Assembly (NCBI GenBank): GCA_964609605.1 | Contig: CAZSSR010000001.1 | Span: 1-33,088 of the forward strand | Source of the DNA: an uncultured Bacillaceae bacterium | GTDB taxonomy: Bacteria > Bacillota > Bacilli > Tepidibacillales > Tepidibacillaceae | Reading direction: 5' to 3' | Length of the DNA: 33,088 nt | Part shown: one piece after another, positions 13,045-22,895 of the stretch | Layout of the letters: each line of letters begins with the position of its first letter | Position numbering within the stretch: position 1 is the stretch's first letter | Made by a program: the position numbers and the translations under genes | The notes under the pieces: generated by a model | Seen by the model: only the letters and a program-made list of their open reading frames with translations | What the model was told of the DNA's origin: nothing | Database searches by the model: none

Positions 13045-14886
13045 ATGTATAATATAGCTTGGTTAGTTCCACTTTTCCCCTTCATTTCCTTCGTGCTGTT
13101 AATCGCATTCGGTAGTCGGCTCAAGGAAAGGGCAGCCTATATTGGAATAATATCAATATTAAGTTCTTTTATTATAGCTACAATTATATTTATTCAGAAA
13201 TATTTGCAAGCTGGAGAAAACTACATATACAATATAGAATGGTTAAGGGTAGGGGATACAACCTTTAATTTGGGATTTGAAATTAATGAATTAAATGCAT
13301 TAATGTTGTTCATTGTTACCTTAATTAGTTTAATGGTCTTTATCTATTCAATGGGATATATGCATGGGGATGAAAGATTTTCAGTGTTTTATTCATATTT
13401 ATCTTTATTCTCATTTTCAATGCTTAGTTTAGTTATATCACCAAATTTGTTTCAAGCTTATATATTTTGGGAATTGGTTGGCGCGACTTCATTTCTACTG
13501 ATTGGTTTTTACTTCTATAAGGAGTCAGCAAAGGCAGCTGCAAAAAAAGCATTTATCGTAACAAGGATAGCTGATTTAGGTATTCTTATTGGTATATCAT
13601 TAATCTTTTGGAAGGTTGGATCATTTGACTATGCAGTGATTTTTAATGCAGCTGATAGTGGATTGCTTGAACCAGATTTTATTACCTTAGTTGCTATTTT
13701 AATTTTCATTGGTGCAATGGGTAAATCAGGTCAGTTTCCATTTCACATATGGTTACCAGATGCAATGGAAGGACCAACACCTGTTTCTGCATTAATTCAT
13801 GCAGCAACAATGGTAGCAGCTGGTGTTTACTTAGTAGCTCGTATGTTTCCATTATTTCAAGCTTCTCAGACAGCATTACTTGTTGTTGCAATAGTTGGGG
13901 GCTTCACAGCGATATTTGCAGCTACTATCGGGCTAGTACAAAACGATATAAAAAGAGTTTTAGCCTACTCGACTATAAGCCAATTAGGATATATGATGCT
14001 AGCACTTGGTTCAATTGGTTATGTTGCTGGTGTATTTCATCTATTTACACACGCGTTTTTTAAAGCTTTGTTATTCCTTGCAGCAGGTAGTGTAATTCAT
14101 GTAGTCCATACGCAGAATATTAAAGAAATGGGCGGATTAGGCAAAAACATGAAGATTACACGTACTGTCTTTTTAATCGGGGCCTTATCTATTTCCGGGT
14201 TTCCATTATTTGCTGGATTTTTCTCTAAGGATCTAATATTAATTTCAACCTTTGAAAGTGGTAATACATTCTTATTTTGGATAGCATTATTTACAGCTAC
14301 ATTAACAGCATTTTATATGTTTAGGCTATATTTCCTAACATTTACTGGTAAACCAAGACATGATGTTAAAATACATGAATCGCCTCGCAATATGACGCTA
14401 CCGATGATAATATTAGCAACCTTTGCAATTATTGCAGGTTATATTGAATATATGGGATTTGGTCACTGGATTAGTGTTGGTGAAACAATCGCTAAGGAAG
14501 TTCACGGACCGCAATGGATAGTCGTGCTTTCCATTGTTGCTGCAATTAGTGGAATTGCGTTGGCATGGGTTGTTTATGGTAGGAGTAAAGAAGTTAAGCA
14601 GATAGAACCTAGCGGTGTGCATAAATTATTGTATAACAAATACTATATTGATGAGTTCTATGATGCTACTATCGTGAAACCTTATACTTCATTTGGAAAA
14701 GCCTTGATTTTATTTGATAAGTATGTGATTGAAGGACTTGTACAATCAACCGTAACGATCTCTATGGGTATTGGAAAACTTGGTTCAAGATTACAAAATG
14801 GACAAGTACAAACCTACGGACTGGTCACAATTATCGGTATAGTAACACTACTTATTAGTATAGCGGCAAGGGGGTTGTTTAGTTAA
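13045..14886 (+). CDS. nuoL: NADH-quinone oxidoreductase subunit L
   Basis: 613 aa Mrp-antiporter-like subunit. Motifs: WELVGATSFLLIGFY, KSGQFPFHIWLPDAMEGPTPVSALIHAATMVAAGVYL, AYSTISQLGYM. Confidence 0.96.
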   Translation: MYNIAWLVPLFPFISFVLLIAFGSRLKERAAYIGIISILSSFIIATIIFIQKYLQAGENYIYNIEWLRVGDTTFNLGFEINELNALMLFIVTLISLMVFIYSMGYMHGDERFSVFYSYLSLFSFSMLSLVISPNLFQAYIFWELVGATSFLLIGFYFYKESAKAAAKKAFIVTRIADLGILIGISLIFWKVGSFDYAVIFNAADSGLLEPDFITLVAILIFIGAMGKSGQFPFHIWLPDAMEGPTPVSALIHAATMVAAGVYLVARMFPLFQASQTALLVVAIVGGFTAIFAATIGLVQNDIKRVLAYSTISQLGYMMLALGSIGYVAGVFHLFTHAFFKALLFLAAGSVIHVVHTQNIKEMGGLGKNMKITRTVFLIGALSISGFPLFAGFFSKDLILISTFESGNTFLFWIALFTATLTAFYMFRLYFLTFTGKPRHDVKIHESPRNMTLPMIILATFAIIAGYIEYMGFGHWISVGETIAKEVHGPQWIVVLSIVAAISGIALAWVVYGRSKEVKQIEPSGVHKLLYNKYYIDEFYDATIVKPYTSFGKALILFDKYVIEGLVQSTVTISMGIGKLGSRLQNGQVQTYGLVTIIGIVTLLISIAARGLFS

Positions 14887-16469
14887 TGGAATCAATAGGA
14901 ATACTTACGCTGATTACCTTCTCGCCATTATTAGGAGTCTTTTTATTAGCCTTTGTTCCAAGCAATAAGGTCGGAACAATTAAACTAATAGGTGTTCTCG
15001 TAACTTTAATACCATTATTACTAGCTTTTATGCTATTTGTTGGATTTGATCCAAATATCGATGGTATGCAATTTGGAGAGGATGTTAAGTGGATAGAAAT
15101 ACCACTTGCTAATGATTATGGAAATGGAAGCACAATATTAGAATTTAGATATAGTATGGGCGTTGATGGATTAGCATTGGCTTTAATATTATTATCAACA
15201 ATAGTTGTTAGTATGTCAGCGATTGCCGCTGTTAACATGATAAAAAAACGTTGGAAGGAATATTATATTCTTTTTTCTATAATGCAAGTTGGTTTGTTTG
15301 GCATATTTTTGTGTCAAAACCTCTTTTTATTCTTTGTATTTTTTGAAATTACCCTGATAACAATGTTTTTCCTTATTGGTATTTGGGGATTAGATAAGAG
15401 GGAGAACGCCGCTTTTACCTTCTTACTTTATAATGGATTAGCATCAATAATAATGCTAGTTGCATTTATCGCATTGATTATTAATGCAGGTGCTACATAT
15501 TCAAGCAATATGATGGTGTTTACAAGTGATATGAGCACAATAGCATATAATTTAACGAATATTAGTTCTCCATATTATGTTATTGAACAGATAACTGGGG
15601 AACCTGCTTTTACCGATACATTTAAATACGGCATATTTTTTGCTTTACTTGTTGCATTTGGAATTAAGATGCCTTTAGTACCGTTTCATTCTTGGATTTT
15701 AAAGGTTCATTATCAAGCACCACCACCAATGAGTATGATTCTATCTGGGGTATTATTAAAAATAGGTGCCTATGGGCTTTTCAGAATTGAATATTCATTT
15801 TTTCCAGACATAACAAACTCATTAGCCTTACTATTAATTATATTAGGAATGGTTAACCTTTTCTATGGAGGAATTCTAGCATTTGTTCAAAAGAATTTTA
15901 AAATGGTTATTGTTTATTCGAGTATAAGTCATATGGGTATAATCATGTTAGGATTAGCAGCGATGAATTCATTAGGCTTTCAAGGGGCCATATTCCAGAT
16001 GGTATCCCATGGATTATTATCAGCATTATTCTTTTATCTAGTAGGTATAATCTACAACCGTGCTCACACAACAGAGTTTGATGATTTGGGTGGCTTAGCA
16101 AAGACAATGCCATTTACAAGTGGAATATTGCTAGCAACCGCTTTAGCTTCTTTAGGATTACCAGGTATGTCTGGTTTTATCAGCGAGTTTATGACATTCC
16201 TAGGTTTATTCCAAAACTATCCGATTTTAGCAGCAATATCGACAGTAGGAATTATCGTTACAACAGTATATCTCTTACGTGCAACACTAAAGATAACCTT
16301 TGGTGCTACATCTGATATATTAAAGGATGTCAAAGAGGTTCGTTCAGTTGAAGTTATACCACTCTTTGTTTTTCTTGGCTTTGTAATTTTGATAGGGGTA
16401 TATCCTTCTATATTAAGTGAACCCTTACAAATAACATTACAGACGCTATTAACTGGGATAGGGGGTTAG
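14886..16469 (+). CDS. nuoM: NADH-quinone oxidoreductase subunit M
   Basis: 527 aa. Motifs: FFEITLITMFFLIGIWG, KMPLVPFHSWILKVHYQAPPPMSMILSGVLLKIGAYG, YSSISHMG. Confidence 0.95.
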   Translation: MESIGILTLITFSPLLGVFLLAFVPSNKVGTIKLIGVLVTLIPLLLAFMLFVGFDPNIDGMQFGEDVKWIEIPLANDYGNGSTILEFRYSMGVDGLALALILLSTIVVSMSAIAAVNMIKKRWKEYYILFSIMQVGLFGIFLCQNLFLFFVFFEITLITMFFLIGIWGLDKRENAAFTFLLYNGLASIIMLVAFIALIINAGATYSSNMMVFTSDMSTIAYNLTNISSPYYVIEQITGEPAFTDTFKYGIFFALLVAFGIKMPLVPFHSWILKVHYQAPPPMSMILSGVLLKIGAYGLFRIEYSFFPDITNSLALLLIILGMVNLFYGGILAFVQKNFKMVIVYSSISHMGIIMLGLAAMNSLGFQGAIFQMVSHGLLSALFFYLVGIIYNRAHTTEFDDLGGLAKTMPFTSGILLATALASLGLPGMSGFISEFMTFLGLFQNYPILAAISTVGIIVTTVYLLRATLKITFGATSDILKDVKEVRSVEVIPLFVFLGFVILIGVYPSILSEPLQITLQTLLTGIGG

Positions 16470-16473
16470 GCAG

Positions 16474-18024
16474 ATGAACCTATTAGAGTTAAATTGGGGA
16501 CTAATGGCGCCAGAATTTACAATAGTTATTGTTGCTACAATTATTACCTTAGTTGATTTATTTATGCCTAATAAATTTAATCGTAAAATTTTAGGTTGGA
16601 CAAGTGTTATTGGGATTTTTATCGCCTTATATTTTACAATTGAACAGATAAATCTAGGCCAGGTAGAATATTTATTGAATAATACTTATCGAGTAGATAG
16701 CTTTAGCGGATTTTTTAAGCTTATATTCTTAGTTGGAACAGCAATAGTTTTTATAATGTCAATTAACGATATGGACAGAGATGAGATTAGTGATGGCGGA
16801 GAATATTACTATCTCTTATTAACAGCCTTATTAGGAGCAATGTTGATGGCTTCATCAGCAGATCTTATTACATTATATATTGGACTAGAGTTGTTAAGCT
16901 TTTCTTCATATATATTAGTTGGCATTAGGAAGAAGAATCTTAAATCAAACGAAGCATCATTTAAATATATAATTACCGGCGGTGTATCTTCAGCAATATT
17001 TGTTTATGGCGCATCCTTTATCTATGGGTTAACAGGATCGACGAACCTATTTGTAATTGCTGAACGGTTACCAGATGCTTATCATAATGGTTTTAGCTTT
17101 TTCACCTATTTTGGTTTTTCAATGATGTTTGTTGGATTAAGCTATAAGATATCAGTTGTTCCGTCGTATATGTGGACGCCTGATGTATATGAGGGAGCAC
17201 CAACACCAATTACCGCATTTTTATCAGTTATCTCTAAAACTGCTGGCTTTGCGATAATATTAAGAGTTTTCATAACAACATTTGGACTTTTAGCAACAGA
17301 AATAGAAGTAATAGATAATGTTCCTAAATATACATTCTTCTTGTTTGATGAAATAATTATATTCTTTGCTGTAGTTGCTGGGTTAACTATGATTATCGGT
17401 AACACCTTGGCACTATTACAAACAAATGTGAAACGCTTACTAGCATTTTCAAGCGTTGCTCAAGCTGGATATATTTTAATTCCTCTAGCCACACTAATTG
17501 GAATTGAATTTATAGACTTAAGCATAACGAATATAATATTTTACTTATTTGCATACCTTATAATGAATTTAGGCGTATTCTCAATCGTAACTATTGTTTG
17601 TAGGGACGCTAATACTGATGATATAAGTGCATTTAGAGGATTATATCATCGAAGTCCATTGTTAGGAATTGCAATGACAATATTTTTGTTATCATTAGCT
17701 GGTTTGCCAGTAACAATTGGATTTATAGCTAAATTCAATATATTTATCAGTGCGATTACAGTTGATTCATATATATTAGCAGGTATTATGCTGATAACGA
17801 GTGTAATCTCATACTACTACTATTTTGGTATTATCAAACAGATGTACATGCGACCAGGGAATACTGAGGCAAGGGTAAAAGTAGCCTATACGATGCAATT
17901 AGTTATACTACTACTATTTTTAGCAACAGTGCTATTGGGTATTTTCCCGAATGTTTTATTAGATTTCATAGATATCAATTTTAATTTCACAGATTTATTT
18001 ACGATAGGAGAAGGAATGCATTAG
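16474..18024 (+). CDS. nuoN: NADH-quinone oxidoreductase subunit N
   Basis: 516 aa. Motifs: LYIGLELLSFSSYILVG, VPSYMWTPDVYEGAPTPITAFLSVISKTAG, AFSSVAQAGYIL. Confidence 0.95.
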   Translation: MNLLELNWGLMAPEFTIVIVATIITLVDLFMPNKFNRKILGWTSVIGIFIALYFTIEQINLGQVEYLLNNTYRVDSFSGFFKLIFLVGTAIVFIMSINDMDRDEISDGGEYYYLLLTALLGAMLMASSADLITLYIGLELLSFSSYILVGIRKKNLKSNEASFKYIITGGVSSAIFVYGASFIYGLTGSTNLFVIAERLPDAYHNGFSFFTYFGFSMMFVGLSYKISVVPSYMWTPDVYEGAPTPITAFLSVISKTAGFAIILRVFITTFGLLATEIEVIDNVPKYTFFLFDEIIIFFAVVAGLTMIIGNTLALLQTNVKRLLAFSSVAQAGYILIPLATLIGIEFIDLSITNIIFYLFAYLIMNLGVFSIVTIVCRDANTDDISAFRGLYHRSPLLGIAMTIFLLSLAGLPVTIGFIAKFNIFISAITVDSYILAGIMLITSVISYYYYFGIIKQMYMRPGNTEARVKVAYTMQLVILLLFLATVLLGIFPNVLLDFIDINFNFTDLFTIGEGMH

Positions 18025-18053
18025 TAATATAAGTTATTAGTACAATTAATTTT

Positions 18054-18094
18054 ACCCACTTATGTAATCAAAACATAGTGGGTTTTTCTTTTAG
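18054..18094 (+). terminator. Intrinsic terminator of the nuo operon
   Basis: ACCCACT-T-ATG (18054-18064) pairs with CATAGTGGGT (18074-18083), then TTTTTCTTTT. Confidence 0.8.
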
Positions 18095-18170
18095 TTTTAT
18101 AAGATTAAAGGATATATTTTTTCTATGTCGAAATATAAAACTAATGCAAAAATATGGGGGAAAATAAATA

Positions 18171-19589
18171 ATGAAGAAAATATCTTTACAGCTTAAGAAA
18201 AAAATTCTAATAATAACAATAGCTTTAGCAATGATTATCTCAGTTCCTTTTGTTACGCAAGCAACAACTTATTTACAAAATCAGATAAACGTTATTGTAG
18301 ATGTCTATAGCCTGATTAAGGATTATCATATCAGCAATGTTGATTATGATACTTTAACTGAAGGTGCTATCAATGGAATGATTGAAGCCTTAGATGATCC
18401 ATATACAAGATACTTTACAAACGAAGAATATAAGAAATTTATTACAAGTATTGATGGTACCTTTGTTGGTATTGGAATCTATATTCTAGAGCAAGACGAT
18501 TATATTGTAATACAATCTCCGATTTCTGGATCACCTGCAGAAGAGGTGGGCTTAAAATCAGGAGATCTAATAATACGTGCCAATGCAATAGATATGAAAG
18601 GAAAAAGCACAGAAGAGGCTGCAGACATTATCAGAGGGGAAGCGGGTACTTTTGTGACATTAACAATTAGAAGAGATGGAAAAGATTTTGACATTGATGT
18701 AATTAGGGCGAAGATTCAAATTCCAATTGTCGAATCAAAAATGTTAACTGACGAGATAGGATATTTAAGAATTAATTCATTTAGTGCGGATGTTTATAGT
18801 GATGTGAGTCTGGGCTTAGGTAATTTACAAAACGAGGGTATGGATAAATTAATTTTAGATTTAAGAGGAAACCCTGGCGGATATCTTAATGCTGTATTAG
18901 AGATATCACAATTATTTATAGAAAATGGCCCAATTGTATATGTAAAAGATAATATGGGCAACGAGCAAGCGCTTGATGTAGTGAATGGGAATAAGTGGGA
19001 TATGCCGATAGTCTTATTAATAGATGGCGGTTCAGCAAGTGCATCAGAAATTTTAGCAGGCGCTTTAAAGGATTATGATAAAGCAATAATTGTTGGAGAA
19101 AATTCATTTGGTAAGGGAACAGTACAAAATTTAATCAGCCTCGAAAATGGTGATTTTCTTAAGTTAACAGTGAATGAATATTTTACACCTTTAAAAAATA
19201 AAATGGATGGTGTTGGAGTAAAACCAGATATAGAAGTCTTTAATAGCGAAAAGCAACTAATGACAGCACTTATGTTATTAGATGACAGTATTTTATATCA
19301 AGAATATAATCCAATATTGAATAAGAACTGGATTACAGAAAATGACCAAGATTATATAGCGTTAAGGGATATGGTATATTATTTTGACGGAATTATTAAG
19401 TGGAATTCAAAGAAAAAAATTATCGAAATAAACTTAGATGGCACATCGATTGAATTACCGACATCTACAACTGATGGATTAATAATAAGGAATGGAACCT
19501 CTTATCTTAGTGTTGATCAAATAAACGCTTTATTTAAAAATCTTATGATAATAAAAGAGGGAAAAGTTCTAACCATATACAATCTCTAA
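18171..19589 (+). CDS. Secreted S41-family C-terminal processing peptidase (PDZ domain) with a C-terminal copper-amine-oxidase-N-terminal-like domain
   Basis: Signal peptide (KKKILIITIALAMIISVPFVTQA). PDZ: SGSPAEEVGLKSGDLII. S41 core: DLRGNPGGYL, GGSASASEILAGALKD (Ser), ENSFGKGTVQ (Lys). The C-terminal approx. 90 aa (YIALRDMVYYFDGIIKWNSKKKIIEINLDG...) resembles Cu_amine_oxidN1-type domains. Confidence 0.88.
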   Translation: MKKISLQLKKKILIITIALAMIISVPFVTQATTYLQNQINVIVDVYSLIKDYHISNVDYDTLTEGAINGMIEALDDPYTRYFTNEEYKKFITSIDGTFVGIGIYILEQDDYIVIQSPISGSPAEEVGLKSGDLIIRANAIDMKGKSTEEAADIIRGEAGTFVTLTIRRDGKDFDIDVIRAKIQIPIVESKMLTDEIGYLRINSFSADVYSDVSLGLGNLQNEGMDKLILDLRGNPGGYLNAVLEISQLFIENGPIVYVKDNMGNEQALDVVNGNKWDMPIVLLIDGGSASASEILAGALKDYDKAIIVGENSFGKGTVQNLISLENGDFLKLTVNEYFTPLKNKMDGVGVKPDIEVFNSEKQLMTALMLLDDSILYQEYNPILNKNWITENDQDYIALRDMVYYFDGIIKWNSKKKIIEINLDGTSIELPTSTTDGLIIRNGTSYLSVDQINALFKNLMIIKEGKVLTIYNL

Positions 19590-19661
19590 TGTAATATGAT
19601 AAAATTCATTTTATAATTCTATAAGTTTTTGAATTAACTAAGTTTTGTGGAGTGAATATAA

Positions 19662-22499
19662 TTGAAAAAGCGAAAAATAATAACTTCATTGGTTATAGTA
19701 AGCATATTATTTTTGCTATGCCTACCATTAACATTAATTAATATAGATATTTCTAATCAATTAGATTATCAAGCTCCAATAAATAACGAAATCAATGAAA
19801 ATAACAAAAGCAATGAATGGATTATTAAGTGGAGAAATGACTACCATTTAGATATGCTAGAACAAGTGAGTATATTAGATTGGTTACCTTCGCAGGGAAT
19901 AATGAGGGTTAAGCTAAATGATTCAATCAACGTTAATGAATGGATAAATCAGTGGAAGGATAATCCCGAGATTGAATATATTCAGCCTAATATCGTTTAT
20001 AATATATCGGATATTCCAAACGATAAGTATTATCAAGATCAATATTATTTGCAACAAATAAAAGCAGAAAAGGCTTGGGAAGAAGTTTCTTCTAAAGAGA
20101 TTATTATTGCAGTTTTAGACACAGGGATTGATATCAGTCACCCAGATTTACAAGGCAAGCTAATAGATGGCGTTAATATATTAAATAAAAACAATTTACC
20201 GATTGATGATAATGGTCACGGAACCAATGTGGCAGGGATAGTTGCTGCAATTAGTAATAATTCTGTAGGTATTAGTGGAATTACACGAAATACAAAAATA
20301 ATGCCAGTTAAGGTATTAGACAAAGATGGCAAAAGCGATTCCTTTTACGTAGGTCAGGGCATTAGGTATGCTGTTGATAATGGCGCAGATATTATACTAC
20401 TAGCTTCTGGGGAAACGGTTTATACTCCTTTTATGACAGAGGCTGTTGATTACGCTGAAGAAAATGGTGTTTTGATTGTTGCTGCTACTGGTAATAAAGG
20501 TACAGAATTAGATTATCCATCAGCATTACCAAATGTTTTATCTGTAGGGGCTGTGGATAGAAATGATAATTATCTTGAATATTCTAACTATGGTCAACAA
20601 TTAGATGTCGTTGCTCCGGGAGAGGGAATATTTACAACTAATCTAGGTGGCGGTTATACCTCTAATTCGGGAACATCGATGGCGGCGCCGCAAGTGGCAG
20701 GATTAGCTGCGATATTATATCAGAAGTATCCAGATTTAAGACCAGGGGAAATTGCTGACATCATTAGGTTTTCAGCCGACGATGTGGGAGAACCAGGTTG
20801 GGATATTAGAACTGGATATGGAAGAATTAATGTTGAAAACGCATTAACTTTTGATATAGATAATTTAATAGATGGTTATGCTCCTAATCAGACAAGTAAA
20901 ATGGCATACGTATTTCCTTTAGGCAATACACTTAATGCACATTTTAAAAGTCCTTTGGATGTTGGCTGGTATTGGTTCGATATACCGTTTGCTGGGAAAG
21001 TAAATATTAATATTTCTTTTGATAGCGAGCTTGATTATGATGTTAATTTTGAGATATATACAAATGAACAAGTTAGCAAATTAGAAAATAGAGAAGATCT
21101 AAAATTTATCCAAACATATCTTAATGAGAATAATCAGGAGCTGAACAATGATGAGATTTTACCATACTTAACTTATCAAATTAAAGATGATGAGAAAATT
21201 AACCTTGAGTTACCAGAGGGGAAATATTATATCAAAATAAGTTTTCCTACTGAACAAACAGATGTAGATATGAAATCTTTTAATTACACAATGAGTAACA
21301 AATATGTTATCTATAAGGATGTTTATGAACCTAATGACAAGCCGTGGAATGCATATGAAGTAAATAATATAAGTGAATTAATAATAGGAACTTTTGATAA
21401 GAATTACGATGAAGATTGGTTTAGAATCTATATTCCTAAGAGTGGTACATTGTCAGCAGAGATAAAGGTTGATACCAATCGGATTGATCCAGTGTTGTGG
21501 ATGCAACCTGTTGGAGGAATAGGAATGGAAATAGATTATAATAGCTCTGGGAAAACAGAATTTGGCTATATTAATATATCTCCAGGAGAGTATTTAATAA
21601 GAGTATCAGATTATAATAACAATATTATAAATGATGAGTATCAATTAACATTGGTTTTTAAGTCGAGTGATAGAGATGCTTATGAACCGAACAACAGCTC
21701 AATTCAAGCAACAAATCTTTTGCGGAAGAATAATTTAATTGATGGATCAATCTATGATCAAAATGATTATGATTGGTTTAAGTTTGATGTCTTTAATCAG
21801 ACATATATAAAATTTAATCTATCATCGGATAACACTTTGAATATAACTTTATTTAATAATAACCTTGATACAATTCTATCTAAGGAAGCAACAAATTTGG
21901 AGCATATAGAAATATTTGATGAAGGTACTTATTATTTAAGATTTAATTCTAACGATCCTAATACAAAGTATAATTACTATTTTACTAAGATTGAATTAAT
22001 AGGAAATTTTATAGATATACAAGATCATTCTGCGCAAGCAATAATTCTGCAATATTATGATAGTGGTCTAATAAATGGTTACAATGATTATACCTTTAAG
22101 CCTGATCAAGCGATTAGTAGAGGTGAAGCAGCTACATTTTTTAATAATATACTTCAATTAGAAGATACAATAGTTGGGAACGCTTATATTGATATAAAAG
22201 AAGATAATGAATTATACTTAGCAGTTAATAATCTGGCTCAGGCGGGAATAATGATGGGTTATGAGGATAATACATTTAAACCAAATGAGATAGTAGGGCA
22301 AGAAGATTTAACAATTATCTTAAAGAATATTTATAAAGATACAGATATTAACTACATTAGAGAATTTGCAGCACAAGCGAACCTAGTACCATATTCATCA
22401 ATTTCTAGGGCTGAATTTCTAATAATTTATGACAAAATTAATACCTTCAATAATACGATAGTTAATTCTACAGTTACAGAAACATTGATAGAGGAGTAA
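19662..22499 (+). CDS. Secreted S8 subtilisin-like serine protease with three PPC-like repeats and C-terminal SLH cell-wall anchors
   Basis: TTG start after GTGGAGTG. Signal or anchor helix. Triad: AVLDTGID (Asp), DDNGHGTNVAG (His), SGTSMAAPQVAG (Ser). Three repeats start G/V/A-Y-x-PN and carry a (W/D)WF motif. SLH-like units: FIDIQDHSAQAIILQYYDSGLINGYNDYTFKPDQAISRGEAA and YIDIKEDNELYLAVNNLAQAGIMMGYEDNTFKP, plus a degenerate third. Confidence 0.88.
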   Translation: MKKRKIITSLVIVSILFLLCLPLTLINIDISNQLDYQAPINNEINENNKSNEWIIKWRNDYHLDMLEQVSILDWLPSQGIMRVKLNDSINVNEWINQWKDNPEIEYIQPNIVYNISDIPNDKYYQDQYYLQQIKAEKAWEEVSSKEIIIAVLDTGIDISHPDLQGKLIDGVNILNKNNLPIDDNGHGTNVAGIVAAISNNSVGISGITRNTKIMPVKVLDKDGKSDSFYVGQGIRYAVDNGADIILLASGETVYTPFMTEAVDYAEENGVLIVAATGNKGTELDYPSALPNVLSVGAVDRNDNYLEYSNYGQQLDVVAPGEGIFTTNLGGGYTSNSGTSMAAPQVAGLAAILYQKYPDLRPGEIADIIRFSADDVGEPGWDIRTGYGRINVENALTFDIDNLIDGYAPNQTSKMAYVFPLGNTLNAHFKSPLDVGWYWFDIPFAGKVNINISFDSELDYDVNFEIYTNEQVSKLENREDLKFIQTYLNENNQELNNDEILPYLTYQIKDDEKINLELPEGKYYIKISFPTEQTDVDMKSFNYTMSNKYVIYKDVYEPNDKPWNAYEVNNISELIIGTFDKNYDEDWFRIYIPKSGTLSAEIKVDTNRIDPVLWMQPVGGIGMEIDYNSSGKTEFGYINISPGEYLIRVSDYNNNIINDEYQLTLVFKSSDRDAYEPNNSSIQATNLLRKNNLIDGSIYDQNDYDWFKFDVFNQTYIKFNLSSDNTLNITLFNNNLDTILSKEATNLEHIEIFDEGTYYLRFNSNDPNTKYNYYFTKIELIGNFIDIQDHSAQAIILQYYDSGLINGYNDYTFKPDQAISRGEAATFFNNILQLEDTIVGNAYIDIKEDNELYLAVNNLAQAGIMMGYEDNTFKPNEIVGQEDLTIILKNIYKDTDINYIREFAAQANLVPYSSISRAEFLIIYDKINTFNNTIVNSTVTETLIEE

Positions 22500-22503
22500 T
22501 GTA

Positions 22504-22737
22504 ATGGGGTCATACTTGGGTTATACTGGATTGATAGGAATATTTATTACAATTATTTGTATTGCAATATCATGGTGGGCATTACAAATATTTAGATTCG
22601 ATCTTTTTACATATAACCCTAAGAGTGCTCAAGCAAAGCTGTTACAAATCATTATTTCAATTATTCTTGGCTATCAATTAGCTCTATTTCTAATAGATTA
22701 TGTTGGCTGGTCACTTAATATAAAGAACTTATTCTAA
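22504..22737 (+). CDS. ywzB: DUF1146/YwzB-like small integral membrane protein
   Basis: 77 aa with two TM helices. WWALQIFRFDLF motif. It sits immediately upstream of murA, as ywzB does in B. subtilis. The ATG lies 4 nt after the S8 stop, with the GAGGAG SD inside the S8 3' end. Confidence 0.7.
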   Translation: MGSYLGYTGLIGIFITIICIAISWWALQIFRFDLFTYNPKSAQAKLLQIIISIILGYQLALFLIDYVGWSLNIKNLF

Positions 22738-22823
22738 AAAAATAAAGTCTATTCAATTTTTCGTAAAAGTTAGCACTTGTATTTAGGTAATTATCAATGA
22801 TAAACTTGATAATGTAATTTGGC

Positions 22824-22857
22824 TTGTCATAATAAATGAAATATTACATAATATAAT
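22824..22857 (+). promoter_or_regulatory. Candidate sigma-A promoter of murA
   Basis: TTGTCA (22824-22829), 17-nt spacer, CATAAT (22847-22852), overlapping a second TATAAT at 22852-22857. About 40 nt upstream of the murA TTG start. Confidence 0.5.
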
Positions 22858-22895
22858 GGATTTGATATAAAAATAAAAACGCGGAGGGAAACACT

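Noticed and set aside
13749-14063. 104-aa out-of-frame + strand ORF inside nuoL, and the 67-aa ORF at 1666-1869 inside atpB
   Set aside because: These are Cys/Ser-rich nonsense-like translations of alternative frames of conserved genes. They have no start context.
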